Assembly: GCA_050115495.1 (NCBI GenBank)
Contig: JASFQK010000036.1
Location: 1 to 64,000, forward strand
Length of the DNA: 64,000 nucleotides
Origin: Phycisphaerae bacterium
Lineage (GTDB): Bacteria; Planctomycetota; Phycisphaerae; UBA1845; Fen-1342
Reading direction: 5' to 3'
In this document: one piece after another, positions 52,005-64,000 of the stretch
Position numbering within the stretch: the stretch's first letter is position 1
How the letters are laid out: each line of letters starts with the position of its first letter
Program-made: the position numbers and the translations under genes
The notes under the pieces: model-generated
The model's input: the letters and a program-made list of their open reading frames with translations, nothing else
Database searches by the model: none
Told to the model about the DNA's origin: nothing

Positions 52005-54359
52005 CTAACTCTCGGTGGCCGCCGGACTCGCCGATCGGTCGGCCAGTTTCCAGGCGGCGATCCAGGCCTGCCCGAGGGCCAGGCCGCCGTCACCGCTGGG
52101 GACTTGTTGATGATACAGGACGTCGCCGCCGTTCGCCGCGAGGATTTCCACGATCCGGGCGAGCAGTCGGCGATTGGCGAAGCAGCCGCCGGAGAGGGCG
52201 AAGGTTCGTACGTGGCGCTGGCGGGCGGCGCGTTGGGCGGCGTCGGCGAAGAGGCGGGCGATGGTCTCGTGGAAGCGGGCGGCGTTGAGCGTGGCGGATT
52301 CGCCGGCTTCGCGGGCGAGGACGAGGGCGCGGATGATGGCGCTGGGGGAAAGGCGAGTCTGTCCGTCGGCGGACGGCGTCGCGCAGGGGTACGGTGCGGC
52401 GGGGCCGATGTGCTCGTCGGCGGCTGCTTCGAGCGTCATGGCGGCTTCGGCTTCGTGTCGGTTGCGCTGGCACAGGCCGAGCAGGAAGCTGGCGGCGTCG
52501 AAGACGCGGCCGAGGCTCGAGGTCGGCGGGGCGTTCAGGCCGGCCCGCAGTTGTTGTTCGATCAGGTGCGGCGTCGGCGGCGGATCCGCGTCGGCCGGCC
52601 AGTGTTGGAGCCAAGCGTCGCCAAACGCCTGCACGAGCAGGGCTGCCGCTGGCCGCCAGGTTTCGATGGCGGCGGCGTCACCGCCGAGCAGGGGGAAGTA
52701 TTCGAGGTGGTCGACGCGTTCGAACGCGCCGCGGTGGCAGTAGAGCACCTCGCCGCCCCAGACGGCGCCGTCGGTGCCGTAGCCGGTGCCGTCGCAGGAT
52801 AGGCCGATAACCGGGCCCGGCGTGTCGTGCTCGGCCATGACGGCGGCGATGTGGGCGTGATGGTGCTGCACGGCGATGGCGGGGACGTTCATACCCTGCG
52901 CGTAGTGCGTTGACAGGTACGCCGGATGCTCGTCATGTACGACGACGTCGGGCGTGAAATCGAACAGTTCGCGCAGGCGGTCGATGGCGCGGACGAAATG
53001 GCGGTACGTCTCCGGGTGCGTCAGATCGCCGAGATGCTCGCTGAGAATCGCCTGCCCTTCGCCGAGGAGGCAGACGGTGGACTTCAGCTCGGCGCCGACG
53101 GCGAGAATCCGGCGGTCGCGCACGGTGGCCAGTGCTCCGCCGGCGGCGAAGGCGGCTGGTCGTAGCGGCTGCGGGGCGTAGCCGCGGGCACGACGCACGG
53201 GAATCGTCCGCTCGGCGAAGGTGAACACGACTGAATCGTCGATCGGCCGGAAGATCTCGCGATCGTGCATGAGGAAGGCGTCGGCGACGGTGCCCAACTC
53301 GGCAAGGGCGTCTTCGTCGCGGTAGGTCAGCGGCTGGCCGGCGAGGTTGGCCGAGGTCATCACCAGCGGTCCGAGGCCGGCGGCGAAGAGCAGGTGATGC
53401 AGCGGGGCGTACGGCAGCATCACGCCGAACGTCGCACAGCCCGGGGCGACCGCCGGCGCGAGGCCGTGTTCGGCGGCCTGCGGGGCGAGGACGATCGGGG
53501 CGGCAGGCGACGCGAGAGCGGTGACGTCGGCGGGGCTGAGCCGGCACATGCGGCGAGCGGCGTCGACGTTGGGCACCATCACCGCCAGCGGCTTGCCGTC
53601 GCGCAGCTTCCGCTCGCGCAGCCGCTCGACCACTTCCTGCCGGTCAGCGCGGCAGACGAGGTGATAGCCGCCGATGCCCTTGATGGCGACGATGCTGCCG
53701 TCGCGGAGCAGGGCGGCGGTGCGGGCGACGGCGTCGCCGGGAATGGGCTGGGTTTCGGTGCCGACGAGCCGGCAGAGGCGCAATCGCGGGCCGCAGACGG
53801 CGCAGGCGTTGGGCTGGGCGTGAAACCGCCGGTCGAGCGGATCGCCGTACTCGCGGGCACAGGGGCCGCACATCTCGAACACGGCCATGGTCGTCGCCGG
53901 CCGATCGTAGGGGACGGTGCGGATGATGGAGTAGCGCGGCCCGCAGTTCGTGCAGTTGATGAATGGGTAACCGGCCCGGCGGTCGCGCGGGTCGAGCAGC
54001 TCGGCGAGGCAGTCGGCACACGTGGCGGCGTCGGGCGTGACGTCCGGCCGGCGGTCGGCGTCGGCCTGCGAATGGCGGATGTGGAAGCCCTGCTCGCCCG
54101 AGGCGGCCAGGTCGGCGGTCTGCATCTCGGCGATGCGGGCGAGCGGCGGCAGCCGGTGGACGAGGTCATGCTCGAAGGCGGCCACGCGGTCGGCGGGTCC
54201 TTCGATCTCGATCACCGCGCCGTTCGTGTTGTTGGCGACGTGCCCGGCGAGGGCGTGCTCAACGGCCAGCCGGTAGACGAACGGGCGGAAGCCGACACCC
54301 TGCACCTGCCCCCGCAGGTCGAGTCGGCGGCGCAGGATGGCGTCGGGCTGAGATGGCAC
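52005..54359 (-). CDS. hypF: Carbamoyltransferase HypF
   Basis: GQVQGVGFRPF, CxxC zinc fingers, RRFHAQPNAC, KGIGGYHL, QHHHAH, DGTGYG, DGGLALGQ. Confidence 0.97.
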   Translation of the reverse strand: MPSQPDAILRRRLDLRGQVQGVGFRPFVYRLAVEHALAGHVANNTNGAVIEIEGPADRVAAFEHDLVHRLPPLARIAEMQTADLAASGEQGFHIRHSQADADRRPDVTPDAATCADCLAELLDPRDRRAGYPFINCTNCGPRYSIIRTVPYDRPATTMAVFEMCGPCAREYGDPLDRRFHAQPNACAVCGPRLRLCRLVGTETQPIPGDAVARTAALLRDGSIVAIKGIGGYHLVCRADRQEVVERLRERKLRDGKPLAVMVPNVDAARRMCRLSPADVTALASPAAPIVLAPQAAEHGLAPAVAPGCATFGVMLPYAPLHHLLFAAGLGPLVMTSANLAGQPLTYRDEDALAELGTVADAFLMHDREIFRPIDDSVVFTFAERTIPVRRARGYAPQPLRPAAFAAGGALATVRDRRILAVGAELKSTVCLLGEGQAILSEHLGDLTHPETYRHFVRAIDRLRELFDFTPDVVVHDEHPAYLSTHYAQGMNVPAIAVQHHHAHIAAVMAEHDTPGPVIGLSCDGTGYGTDGAVWGGEVLYCHRGAFERVDHLEYFPLLGGDAAAIETWRPAAALLVQAFGDAWLQHWPADADPPPTPHLIEQQLRAGLNAPPTSSLGRVFDAASFLLGLCQRNRHEAEAAMTLEAAADEHIGPAAPYPCATPSADGQTRLSPSAIIRALVLAREAGESATLNAARFHETIARLFADAAQRAARQRHVRTFALSGGCFANRRLLARIVEILAANGGDVLYHQQVPSGDGGLALGQAWIAAWKLADRSASPAATES

Positions 54360-54451
54360 AGTTTCCTCTCGGGCGGCGGCTCATGAGATTGTACAGGGGG
54401 ATGGGTGGATGCAAGCCCCCGGCGGCGGCCAGTCGGGCGCGGGCCCGATTG

Positions 54452-54558
54452 GTAGGGCGGGTTTCACCCGCCGTTTGTTCCGTTGGCGGGGAATTCGTTT
54501 CGTTGGCGGAGGCTTGTCAGGTGCGCGCAAGAGGATCGGCGGGCAGAGCCCGCCCTAC
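54452..54558. repeat. REP doublet (REPIN-like), GTAG type
   Basis: gtagggcgggtttcacccgccg ... cggcgggcagagcccgccctac in inverted orientation. Confidence 0.75.
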
Positions 54559-54945
54559 GGTGCGGTATGTCGTGCAGGGGAAAAGGTTCAGCAGGAGCAC
54601 GGCGGGCTCGGCCTTGACTGACTCCCTCCTCACTCTGTTCCGCCGGCTCCTGCTGGAGAGCCGTTTGGAGATTGCGTCATGGCGTCCGTTCATCACCGGC
54701 CAGGCCGAATGGGCTAGCGGGGAGGGGCCGCTGCCGGCGGGGGCGACTGAAGTGCCCCGAAGACGTTTGTACACCAGGTTGTAGGAGCGCGCCGCGGCGA
54801 TAGTCCACACCCGGGCGCGGGTTCTCGCGACATTGTGGGCGATCCGCCGATAATGGCGTCGCTGAGCCGTGAGTGCGCGGGGGGCGCAGCGCCGACAGGG
54901 CGCGCGGAATCTCCACAATTCGGCGATGGTGGATCCGTCAGACCA

Positions 54946-56293
<1,348 letters not shown>

Positions 56294-56319
<26 letters not shown>

Positions 56320-57520
56320 CGGCACTCCCTCCCGAGGCCGGCTGCTGCCGCGGCAGATCCACCGTGACCTCGGTTCCCTCGGCGACGGCGCTGCGGATGG
56401 CGATCCGCCCGCCGTGCATCTCGACTATCTTGCAGCAGATCGGCAGCCCCAGGCCCGTGCCCTTCGCCTTGGTCGTGAAGAAGGGTTCGAGCGCCCGGCG
56501 GCGGACCTCCTCGTCCATGCCGTGGCCGTGATCCTGTACGGTCAGCCGCACACCGTCCTCACTCGTCGTCGTGACCAGCCGCACCAGGCCGTCGGTCGGG
56601 GAGGCCTGGGCCGCGTTGAGCAGCAGGTTGGTGAGCAACTGGTCCAACTGATGCTCGTCGGCCTGGATGGTCGGCAGCCGTTGGCTGTTCTCATACTCAA
56701 AGCGGACCCGCTGCATCTCGGGCTGCTCGCGCAGGATGGGCAGCACGCGCGACAGCAGTTGCCCCAGGTCGCATTGCCGGAAGCGCGGCGGCTTCGGGCG
56801 GGCGTAGACGAGCAGGTCCTTGACCGTGCCGTCGAGCCGGCTCACCTGCCGCAGCACTTCGTCGAGCACCGGGCGGTGGGCGTCGTCGCGCTTGAGGCTG
56901 TCGCGGATGACCTGGATGGCACCGCTGATGCCGGCCAGCGGGTTCTTGATCTCATGAGCCAGTGAGGCGGCCAACTGCCCGATCTGGGCCAGGTGCTGCG
57001 CCTCGCTCAAGCGGGCCTGGACGGCCTCACGTTCGCCGTGGCGGATCTGCTCGGCGTAGCTCTCCTGGTAGCTCTCGAGCATCATGGCCAGCTCGAGCAT
57101 CAGCAGCTTGTGCAGTGAGACCAGCTTGGCCGTGGCGTCGGGCAGTTGCAGGCGGTGCACCCCGCGCTCGAGCTCGGCCCAGACGACCTGCATGGCGGCG
57201 ACCATGTGGTGTTGGGCGAGTCCGGCCCGGGCGTGGGCCCGGCCGCTGTCGGCTCGGCCGGCCCAGTACGCCGCGTCGTACGTGCCCCCGAACAAGCCGG
57301 CGAGCCATTCCTCGAGCGTCTGTCGCAGCAGGTTGGCCTGCGGCGTCCCGCCGGCCACCACGCTGCCGGCGCCATGCTTCTGGAGAAACTCGCAGTAGAA
57401 CCGCTCCAATGTCGGCGGCAGCAGCTCCGGCGCATGCGTGCCCAGAACACGGAGGTTCGCCGCGTCCTGTTCGTCGAACTCGACGCAGCGCATGAGCTCG
57501 CTGATGCCCAGATCGGCCAT
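56294..57520 (-). CDS. Globin-coupled sensor histidine kinase (cytoplasmic)
   Basis: Sensor-globin N-terminus (ERFY, WL..LF.G.YD..Y, GRAHARAGL); AHEIKNPL, NLLLNA, DHGHGM, PFFTTK, GTGLGL; no TM. Confidence 0.87.
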
Positions 57521-57825
57521 AGCACCCCATTGTAACGCGCATCTTACGGACGGCGAGGCGCGCGGCCGGGCGGCGCATCCCACACTGCAGAAGCCACTTA
57601 CGCGACCGCGCCCGGTCCGGGAACCGCACCCGACCGGCCCGGCGGCACGACGGTTCGGATGACTCATGCCCGAGAATGGGGGAGATCCCTCACGGCCGGC
57701 GGTTTTTCGCCCACGCGATGTGCCCCGACCGGCCTGGCGCAGGCCGTTGGGGCATCCGGCGCAGCGGCGCGCGCCCGCGCCGGCCCTGCCAGCCGCCCGT
57801 GCGGGGCGGACCGGCTCCCTCAGCG

Positions 57826-57841
57826 TGGTACGTGGCGTGCA
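57826..57841 (+). promoter_or_regulatory. Candidate sigma54 -24/-12 promoter
   Basis: TGGTACG-TGGC-GTGCA (GG-N10-GC) 25 nt before ATG 57866, with a GGGAG SD between. Confidence 0.5.
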
Positions 57842-57865
57842 ATGCGCGGCCCGGGAGCGGCCGAG

Positions 57866-58270
57866 ATGCAGCCTGCCAAAGACCAGACATCACGAGACGG
57901 CGCGCCGGCCACACACGGGCGTCTTCTTCTCGTCGAGCAGGATCAGCTCATGACCTGGTCGCTCACCCGCTATTTCCAACGCTGGTTCACGGTGGACGCG
58001 GCCGCTTCCGGCGAGGCCGCCGAGCAACTCGCCACCGCCCATGCGTTTACCGCGGTCCTCACGTCCGACGCCCTGCCCAGCGAGCGGGCCAGCGCGATCC
58101 ACGAACTCGTGCGGCAGCGCAACCCCGTGGCCACCGCCGTGCGGCTGGTGACGGCGGCGACCGAGACTCCCGCTCCCGAGCCACCCTGTCTGCAATTGGA
58201 GAAGCCGTTCGAGCTGGCCCGACTGGCCCGGCTGCTCGGTGTCTCTGAGGGTGAGATCGCCGCGACGTGA
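57866..58270 (+). CDS. Single-domain response regulator receiver-like protein
   Basis: RLLLVEQD, VLTSD, LEKPF. Confidence 0.7.
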   Translation: MQPAKDQTSRDGAPATHGRLLLVEQDQLMTWSLTRYFQRWFTVDAAASGEAAEQLATAHAFTAVLTSDALPSERASAIHELVRQRNPVATAVRLVTAATETPAPEPPCLQLEKPFELARLARLLGVSEGEIAAT

Positions 58271-58329
58271 TGTCTGTCTGAGCGGATCCCCCGAGCGAAT
58301 CTCATGGCCGCCGGCGCTGGCTGGCGGTA

Positions 58330-58388
58330 GAAAGAAACCGGCCGGTCCGCGCGCCCGTGGGGCGCTGTGGACCGGCCGGGTTGTTGTT
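58330..58388. terminator. Probable bidirectional terminator between convergent genes
   Basis: A-rich - ccggccggtcc..ggaccggccgg - T-rich. Confidence 0.6.
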
Positions 58389-58391
58389 GGA

Positions 58392-60104
58392 TTAGGCGGG
58401 GGTGAATTCGTAGGGCCGATAATCCGGGAACCACATGTTCGCCCGAACGAAGTCGTCGATCTGGTCGTCGGGGATCAGGCGGCCGATGTTCAGCCGGCGT
58501 GCCTCGCGGATGACGTTCGCCGCGATGCGGGCGCTGATCTCACGCAGCTTCCCCTGATCCGGGTACAAGGCGTGGGCGTCGAGACGGTCCGGCGTGATGC
58601 AGTCGGCGAGCGTCTTGGCGGCCACCATGAAGAACGAGTCCGGGACCTCGTGGGCCTCGGCGAGGATGGCGCCTAGGCCGACGCCGGGGAAGATGAAGAC
58701 GTTGTTGCCCTGGCCGATGACGTGGGTCTTGCCGTTGTGCGTGACCGGGTCGAATGGGCTGCCGGTGGCGACGAGCGCCCGGCCGTCGGTCCAGGTGATG
58801 GCCTCCTGCGGCGTGCATTCGGCCTTGGAGTTCGGGTTGCTGAAGGCGAAGACGAGCGGCCGTTCGACGTGCTTGGCCATCTCGCTGACGATTTCCTGTG
58901 TGAAGGTGCCGGGGCGAGCGGTTGTGCCCAGCAGGATCGTCGGCTTGACGCGCTTGATCACTTCGAGCAGGTCGTGCGGGCCATCGCCCTGGAAGCCGTA
59001 GGCCTTCATATCTTCGCGCGTCATGGCGAAGGGACGCTTGTGCGGGTCGCGGATCTGCGTGCCCTCGTGCACCAGGCCGGCGGAGTCGAGGAAGGCCTGA
59101 GCCTTGTGGATCTTGGCCGCGTCGTCCGTCTCGTGCGCCATAGCCGAGGCGACCAGCCGGCCGATACCCACACCCGCGGCGCCGGCGCCGGCGTAGACGA
59201 TGCGCTGGTCGGAGAGCTTCTGCTTGGTAATGCGCAGGGCGCCGTACATGCCGGCCAGGGCCACGCCCGACGTGCCCTGGATGTCGTCGTTGAAGCAGGG
59301 GACCCGCTTGCGGTAGCGGTCGAGGACCATGAAGGCGATGTTCTTGTGGAAGTCCTCCCACTGGACGAGGGCGCGGGGGAAGACCTCCTTCACGCCGCCG
59401 ACGAAAGCCTCGATGAACTGCTCGTAGGCCTCGCCCCGCAGCCGGCGATGCCGCCAGCCGATGTAGTACGGGTCGTCCAGCAGGCCGGTGTTGTCGGTGC
59501 CGACGTCGAGGCTGATGGGCAGGCACTGCGAGGGGTGAATGCCCGCCCCGGCGCAGTAGAGGGCGATCTTGCCGATGGGAATGCCCATGCCGCCGGCACC
59601 CTGGTCACCCAGGCCGAGGATGCGCTCGTTGTCGGTGACGACGATGAGGCGGATGTCCTGGTTGGGGAAATTCCGCAGGATGTCGGCCATATCGTTCTGG
59701 TCGGGCGGGGTCAGCCACAGGCCGCGAGCCTGGCGGAAGATGTGGCTGAACTGCTGGCAGGCCTGGCCGACGACGGGCGTGTAGACGATCGGCATCAACT
59801 CGGCGGTGTTCTCGACCAGGACGCGGTAGAACAGCGTCTCGTTGCGGTCCTGGAGGGCGGCGAGGCCGATGAACTTCTCCAGGTCGGACGGCTTGGCCCG
59901 GACGTGCTCCATTTCGAGAGCCACCTGCTGCTCGATGGTGAACTGATGCGGCGGCAGCAGCCCCCGCAGCCGCAAGGCCTTGCGCTCATCGGCGCCATAG
60001 GCCAGGCCCTTGTTCAGCAGCGGATCGCACAGCAGCGGTCGACCGATGCAGGACACCCGCATCTTCTTGGCTTTCCAGTCAGCTTCGCTATGGCAGTTGT
60101 TCAT
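58392..60104 (-). CDS. maeA: NAD-dependent malic enzyme (long MaeA/SfcA type); start approximate
   Basis: [53 protein letters not shown]. Confidence 0.93.
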   Translation of the reverse strand: MNNCHSEADWKAKKMRVSCIGRPLLCDPLLNKGLAYGADERKALRLRGLLPPHQFTIEQQVALEMEHVRAKPSDLEKFIGLAALQDRNETLFYRVLVENTAELMPIVYTPVVGQACQQFSHIFRQARGLWLTPPDQNDMADILRNFPNQDIRLIVVTDNERILGLGDQGAGGMGIPIGKIALYCAGAGIHPSQCLPISLDVGTDNTGLLDDPYYIGWRHRRLRGEAYEQFIEAFVGGVKEVFPRALVQWEDFHKNIAFMVLDRYRKRVPCFNDDIQGTSGVALAGMYGALRITKQKLSDQRIVYAGAGAAGVGIGRLVASAMAHETDDAAKIHKAQAFLDSAGLVHEGTQIRDPHKRPFAMTREDMKAYGFQGDGPHDLLEVIKRVKPTILLGTTARPGTFTQEIVSEMAKHVERPLVFAFSNPNSKAECTPQEAITWTDGRALVATGSPFDPVTHNGKTHVIGQGNNVFIFPGVGLGAILAEAHEVPDSFFMVAAKTLADCITPDRLDAHALYPDQGKLREISARIAANVIREARRLNIGRLIPDDQIDDFVRANMWFPDYRPYEFTPA

Positions 60105-60325
60105 GGATGAATGCTCCGAGTGTCTCCGGGTCGTGAGGACGTCCGCCGCCAAGATGGGGGCACAGGTGCATATCGTCCCCGGATTGCCCGCTATTGCAAG
60201 TGGCGCGCCAGCGGGACGGTTCTCGTCGGCGGCCCGTTCGTTTCCGGCGTGGCTCGGGCCGGCTATACTCCGGCCTGTGGAACGGAGCCGTTGCCTCACT
60301 GAACCCTCCGAGGAGTGCAGAGAGC

Positions 60326-63196
60326 ATGCTACGCAGCACACTTACGAACGTTGTTCGCCTGTCCGTTCTCCTCTTCGCCGCCCAGTGCCTGGCGCAAGAG
60401 AAGCTTCCGACCGATTCCCGTGTACAAACCGGTCGGCTGGACAACGGCGTGAGCTGGGTCTATCGCCAGCACGCCACGCCGCCCGGCCGCGTCTTTCTGC
60501 TGGTCCATGTTCGCACCGGCTCGCTGAATGAGACCGAGGCCCAGCGCGGCCTGGCCCATTTCATCGAGCACATGGGCTTCAACGGCACGGAGCACTTCGC
60601 CCCCGGCGAGCTGATTCCCTACTTCGAGAGCATCGGCATGGAGTTCGGGGCGGACGTCAACGCCTACACCAGCTTCGACCAGACCTGCTACATGGTCTTC
60701 CTGCCGGACACCAGCATGGAGGAGATCGACAAGGGTCTCATGGTGCTGAGCGACTACGTGTTCCGCGACCTGCTGCTCGAAGCCGAGATCGACAAGGAAC
60801 GCGGCGTCATTCTCGAGGAGCTGCGCGGTGGGCAGCGGGCCGAGCAGCGCATGCGTGACGAGCTTTGGCCCAAGCTGTTCGCCGGCTCGCGCTTCGGCCA
60901 GCGCATGGTCATCGGGACGGAGGAAGTCATCCGCGGCGCCGGACGGGATGAGCTGGAGCGGTATTACCGGACGTGGTACCGACCCGAGAACGTCACGGTG
61001 TTCCTCGTTGGCGACGTCGAGCTCGACCCGCTGATGTCCGTCGTGCAGAAGTGGTTCGGCGAGTACAAGCCGGAGGGGCCCGCCGAGAAGGCCCACGGGC
61101 CGGAGTTCAAGCCGTTCACCGAGCAGCGGGCGATCATCGTGACCGATCCGGAGTATGCCCGCGGTGATTTCGCCGCCATCAACCTCCGCCCCGGCCGCCA
61201 GCCGCCCACGACCGTGGATGAGTGGCGCGGCGAATTGGTGGAGCATCTGGCCTGCCGGATGGTCACGCGTCGGCTCGAGGAGCGCGTGCGGCAGGGTGAG
61301 GCGAGCTTCCAGGAAGCCGGCTTGTGGGCGGGCAGCTTCTTCGACGAGGCCGTCCTGGTGAGCGCCCAGGCTTCCGGGGAACCGCGGGATTGGGAGGCGG
61401 CGGCCCGCGAGGTCGTGATCGAAATCAGCCGGGCCCGGCAGTTCGGCTTCAACGAGCGTGAGCTGGAGCTGGCCCGGTCGGAACTCCGCGCCGCCGCCCA
61501 GCGAGCCGTGGATACCGAGAATACGCGGGACGGCCAGGCCATTCTCTTCGAGCTCTCCCGCCTGTGGCACGAGCAGCAGCCCATCATGACCGCCGCCCAG
61601 GAGCTCGAGCTGGTCGACCGGCTGCTGCCCACGATTACGCTGGCCGAGCTCAACCAGGTGTTCGCCGACTACTTCCGCCCGGGCACGTTTGCCTACGTGC
61701 TGGAGTTCCCCGACAAGCCTGACGTCAAGGTGCCCACCGAGGATGAGGTCCTCGCCGTGGCGCGGGCGGCTTTGTCGGAACGTGTTGAGCCCCCGGTCGA
61801 GAAGAAGGGGCCGGGTGACCTGCTGGCGGCGGAGCCGGAGGCCGGCCACGTGGTCGAGTCCACCGTCGACGAGGACCTGGGCATCACGAGCGCCTGGCTT
61901 GAGAACGGTGTCCGCTTCCATCACCGCTACATGGACTACCGCAAGGACACCGTGCTGATGAGCATCAGCCTCGCCGGCGGGCAGATCGAGGAGACGCCGG
62001 ACAACATCGGCGTCACGGCCGTCTCACTACTGGCCATCAACCAGCCGGCGACCAGCCGCCTCAGCTCCAACGACGTCATCGACATCATGACCGGCAAGAA
62101 CGTCGAGGTGCGCGCCGTTCCCGCCGAGGATGCCGTCGTCATTCGCATCCAGGGATCGCCGGCGGACCTGGAGGATGGTCTGCGGCTGGTCTATGCCCTG
62201 TTGCAGGACGCCAAGCTGGAAGAGGCGGCGTTCACGACGTGGAAGCAGTCGCTGCTCCAGCGGCTGGCCATGGCCCAGCAGCGGCCGGATTTCAAGGGCT
62301 TCGAGGCCATGCGTGAACTGATGGGCGGCGGCGATCCCCGTCTGGCCATGCCGACGGCGGAGCGCGTCGAACGTCAGACCGTCGCCGGCGGGCAGGCCTG
62401 GATCGAGCGTCTGTGCAAGCAGGCGCCGATCGAGGTGGCCATCGTCGGGGACATCAAGCTGGACCGGGCCCAGTCGCTGATCGAGAAGTACCTCGGCTCG
62501 CTCGCGCCCCGCGAGCGCACCGCCGCCAACCTCGACCCGCTGCGCAAGCTGCACCGGCAGGCCGGCCCGCTGAAGCGCCGCGTCGAGGTGCCGACGGTCA
62601 CCGACAAGGCCTTCTTCCTCTACGGCTTCATGAGCTGCGACGCCGTTGCGGTGGAGGAGTCCCGCCTGTTCCACCTCGCCGCCAACATCGTCACCAGCCG
62701 GCTGATCAAGCGGGTTCGGGAGGAGCTCAGCCTGGTCTACACGATCCAGGCGCAGAGCGAGCCCAGCATGGCCTACCTCGACAACGGGCTGTTCTTCTCC
62801 TACTCCCCGTGCGACCCGGCGAAGATCGACGAGGTCGTGGCCGAGACCGAGCGCGTCTACCGCGAGTTCGCCGAGAAGGGGCCCACCGACGAGGAACTGG
62901 CCAACGCCCGCAAGCAGGTGGAGACCGATCTCGACACGGATATGAAGGAGCCGGAATACTGGTGGGGCGTGCTCCAGGGTCTCGAGCAGCACAAGATGGA
63001 GCTGGCGCCGCTGAAGACGATCCGGGCCGACTTCGCCGGCTACACGGCGGAGCAGGTGCGGGCGGCGTTCGCGAAGTACTACACGCCGGAGCGGACGTTC
63101 GTGGTGACCGCGGCGCCCGTGCCGCCGCCGGCACCGCCGGCGCCGGTCGAGCCGGCGGAGGCGCCGCAGGAGGTGGAAGAGGCTCCGACGCCGTAG
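60326..63196 (+). CDS. M16 family zinc protease (PqqL-like), exported
   Basis: Signal peptide; [19 protein letters not shown] (HxxEH), [22 protein letters not shown] in the second half. Confidence 0.92.
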   Translation: MLRSTLTNVVRLSVLLFAAQCLAQEKLPTDSRVQTGRLDNGVSWVYRQHATPPGRVFLLVHVRTGSLNETEAQRGLAHFIEHMGFNGTEHFAPGELIPYFESIGMEFGADVNAYTSFDQTCYMVFLPDTSMEEIDKGLMVLSDYVFRDLLLEAEIDKERGVILEELRGGQRAEQRMRDELWPKLFAGSRFGQRMVIGTEEVIRGAGRDELERYYRTWYRPENVTVFLVGDVELDPLMSVVQKWFGEYKPEGPAEKAHGPEFKPFTEQRAIIVTDPEYARGDFAAINLRPGRQPPTTVDEWRGELVEHLACRMVTRRLEERVRQGEASFQEAGLWAGSFFDEAVLVSAQASGEPRDWEAAAREVVIEISRARQFGFNERELELARSELRAAAQRAVDTENTRDGQAILFELSRLWHEQQPIMTAAQELELVDRLLPTITLAELNQVFADYFRPGTFAYVLEFPDKPDVKVPTEDEVLAVARAALSERVEPPVEKKGPGDLLAAEPEAGHVVESTVDEDLGITSAWLENGVRFHHRYMDYRKDTVLMSISLAGGQIEETPDNIGVTAVSLLAINQPATSRLSSNDVIDIMTGKNVEVRAVPAEDAVVIRIQGSPADLEDGLRLVYALLQDAKLEEAAFTTWKQSLLQRLAMAQQRPDFKGFEAMRELMGGGDPRLAMPTAERVERQTVAGGQAWIERLCKQAPIEVAIVGDIKLDRAQSLIEKYLGSLAPRERTAANLDPLRKLHRQAGPLKRRVEVPTVTDKAFFLYGFMSCDAVAVEESRLFHLAANIVTSRLIKRVREELSLVYTIQAQSEPSMAYLDNGLFFSYSPCDPAKIDEVVAETERVYREFAEKGPTDEELANARKQVETDLDTDMKEPEYWWGVLQGLEQHKMELAPLKTIRADFAGYTAEQVRAAFAKYYTPERTFVVTAAPVPPPAPPAPVEPAEAPQEVEEAPTP

Positions 63197-63229
63197 GGCG
63201 TTCTTCCGGGGCGGGGGGATGAGCGTGCA

Positions 63230-63277
63230 TAAACGAGCCGGCCGGCGATCCGAGGATCACCGGCCGGCTCTGCTTCT
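63230..63277. terminator. Hairpin/terminator between convergent genes
   Basis: gagccggccgg..ccggccggctc flanked by A- and T-containing tracts. Confidence 0.5.
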
Positions 63278-63328
63278 ATCTCCACCGGAGCGGGCTCAAG
63301 ACCCTCGCTCCGGGCTGCCCTTCAGGGT

Positions 63329-64000
63329 TTAAACCAGGAGGGACACGAACGGGGAGATGTCGAAGTTGTTCACAGTGCCGTCGCCGTTGACGTCCGCGCA
63401 GTCGTAGCAGCCGTTCGGGTAGGCGTCTTCGAACTCTTCCTGCGTGTGCGTGACGGCGAAGACGAACGGGGCGATGTCAAAGTTGTTCACGTTGCCGTCG
63501 CCGTTGACGTCACCGAACAGCACGGCCGCGGCGTTTGCGCCGATGTAGAGCGCGACCTGATAGGACTCGTCGGCGCTCGTGGGGTCGCCGTAGGAGGAGG
63601 TCGGGTCGTCGAAGTCCCCGTCCGCATCGACGTCGTAGACGATGTCGACGTTGAGGATGAGACCGCCGAGCGAACGCGGATCCTCGGTGGGCAGGTCGGC
63701 TGCCGGCGGCAGACCGAGGTGGCCGGTCTCGCTGATGTTGGAGGACCAGCAGGTGCCCGAGGAGACGGAGTTGCTGTCGGCGATGCCCATGAAGCTGATC
63801 GTCCACTCGCGGCCGGAGTTGGCACCCTCGAACGTGTCGCCGAGCTCGAGGATGAGCTCGAGGCGGTAGCCGAAGGCCGCCGGGTCATAGACGCCGCGGA
63901 TCAGGGCGGAATCGTAATCGATGATGGGGTCGCCGTACTGGTTCACGCGCTGCGTGCCGTCCTTGTAGTGGGTGAGGGCGACGGCGGCAATGAACCAGAT
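63329..64000 (-). CDS. Partial (3' end) probable secreted protein with C-terminal dockerin-like domain
   Basis: Frame is open to the window edge; GDVNGDGNVNNFDIAPFV..DVNGDGTVNNFDISPFV. Confidence 0.8.
   Translation of the reverse strand: MWFIAAVALTHYKDGTQRVNQYGDPIIDYDSALIRGVYDPAAFGYRLELILELGDTFEGANSGREWTISFMGIADSNSVSSGTCWSSNISETGHLGLPPAADLPTEDPRSLGGLILNVDIVYDVDADGDFDDPTSSYGDPTSADESYQVALYIGANAAAVLFGDVNGDGNVNNFDIAPFVFAVTHTQEEFEDAYPNGCYDCADVNGDGTVNNFDISPFVSLLV

Noticed and set aside
54560..54790. NiCo riboswitch upstream of hypF
   Set aside because: Only a short GTACAAAC resemblance; the conserved four-way junction segments are not recognisable

Overview
High-GC bacterial chromosomal segment. 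The protein idioms (CGYDL..CPECG zinc ribbons, NNFDIxPFV dockerin-like tails, fused PilM, DCNxNxIPDxCD repeats) suggest Planctomycetota, probably Phycisphaerae-like; this is inference only. Gene content in order: rsmE; kdsA; two tandem paralogous zinc-ribbon membrane proteins; a selenium cluster (yedE - tusA-like - cysteine desulfurase - DUF3343 - selD); tRNA-Gln(TTG) with the core operon glmU-like (short)-prs-rplY-pth-rpsF-ssb-rpsR-rplI-dnaB; a diguanylate cyclase; pdxA and ribE; two acidic lipoproteins sharing a repeated domain I do not recognise; ychF; a GH172/DUF2961 protein; a PhnP-type MBL hydrolase; a secreted propeller protein; a pilM operon; a stand-alone CII-like regulator; SOD; a sulfotransferase; a PFOR - DHOD-like - CMK-like - hemerythrin run; an S8 protease with Ca-binding repeats; hypF-C-D-E plus a kinase; a globin-coupled histidine kinase with a sigma54 activator; malic enzyme; an M16 protease; and a partial dockerin-like protein. 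selD is a selenoprotein whose in-frame UGA and SECIS hairpin were missed by the ORF track. Intergenic DNA carries mosaics of several REP-like palindrome families and heptamer/octamer tracts, plus a three-copy element with conserved inverted arms and unique 34-38 bp cores. The most promising uncharacterised items are a ~150-nt multi-stem RNA between a sigma70 promoter and tRNA-Gln, the globin-kinase/sigma54/hyp module, the arm-and-core element and the lipoprotein repeat domain. No CRISPR, transposase or prophage is evident. All calls come from motif recognition by eye; no database searches were run.
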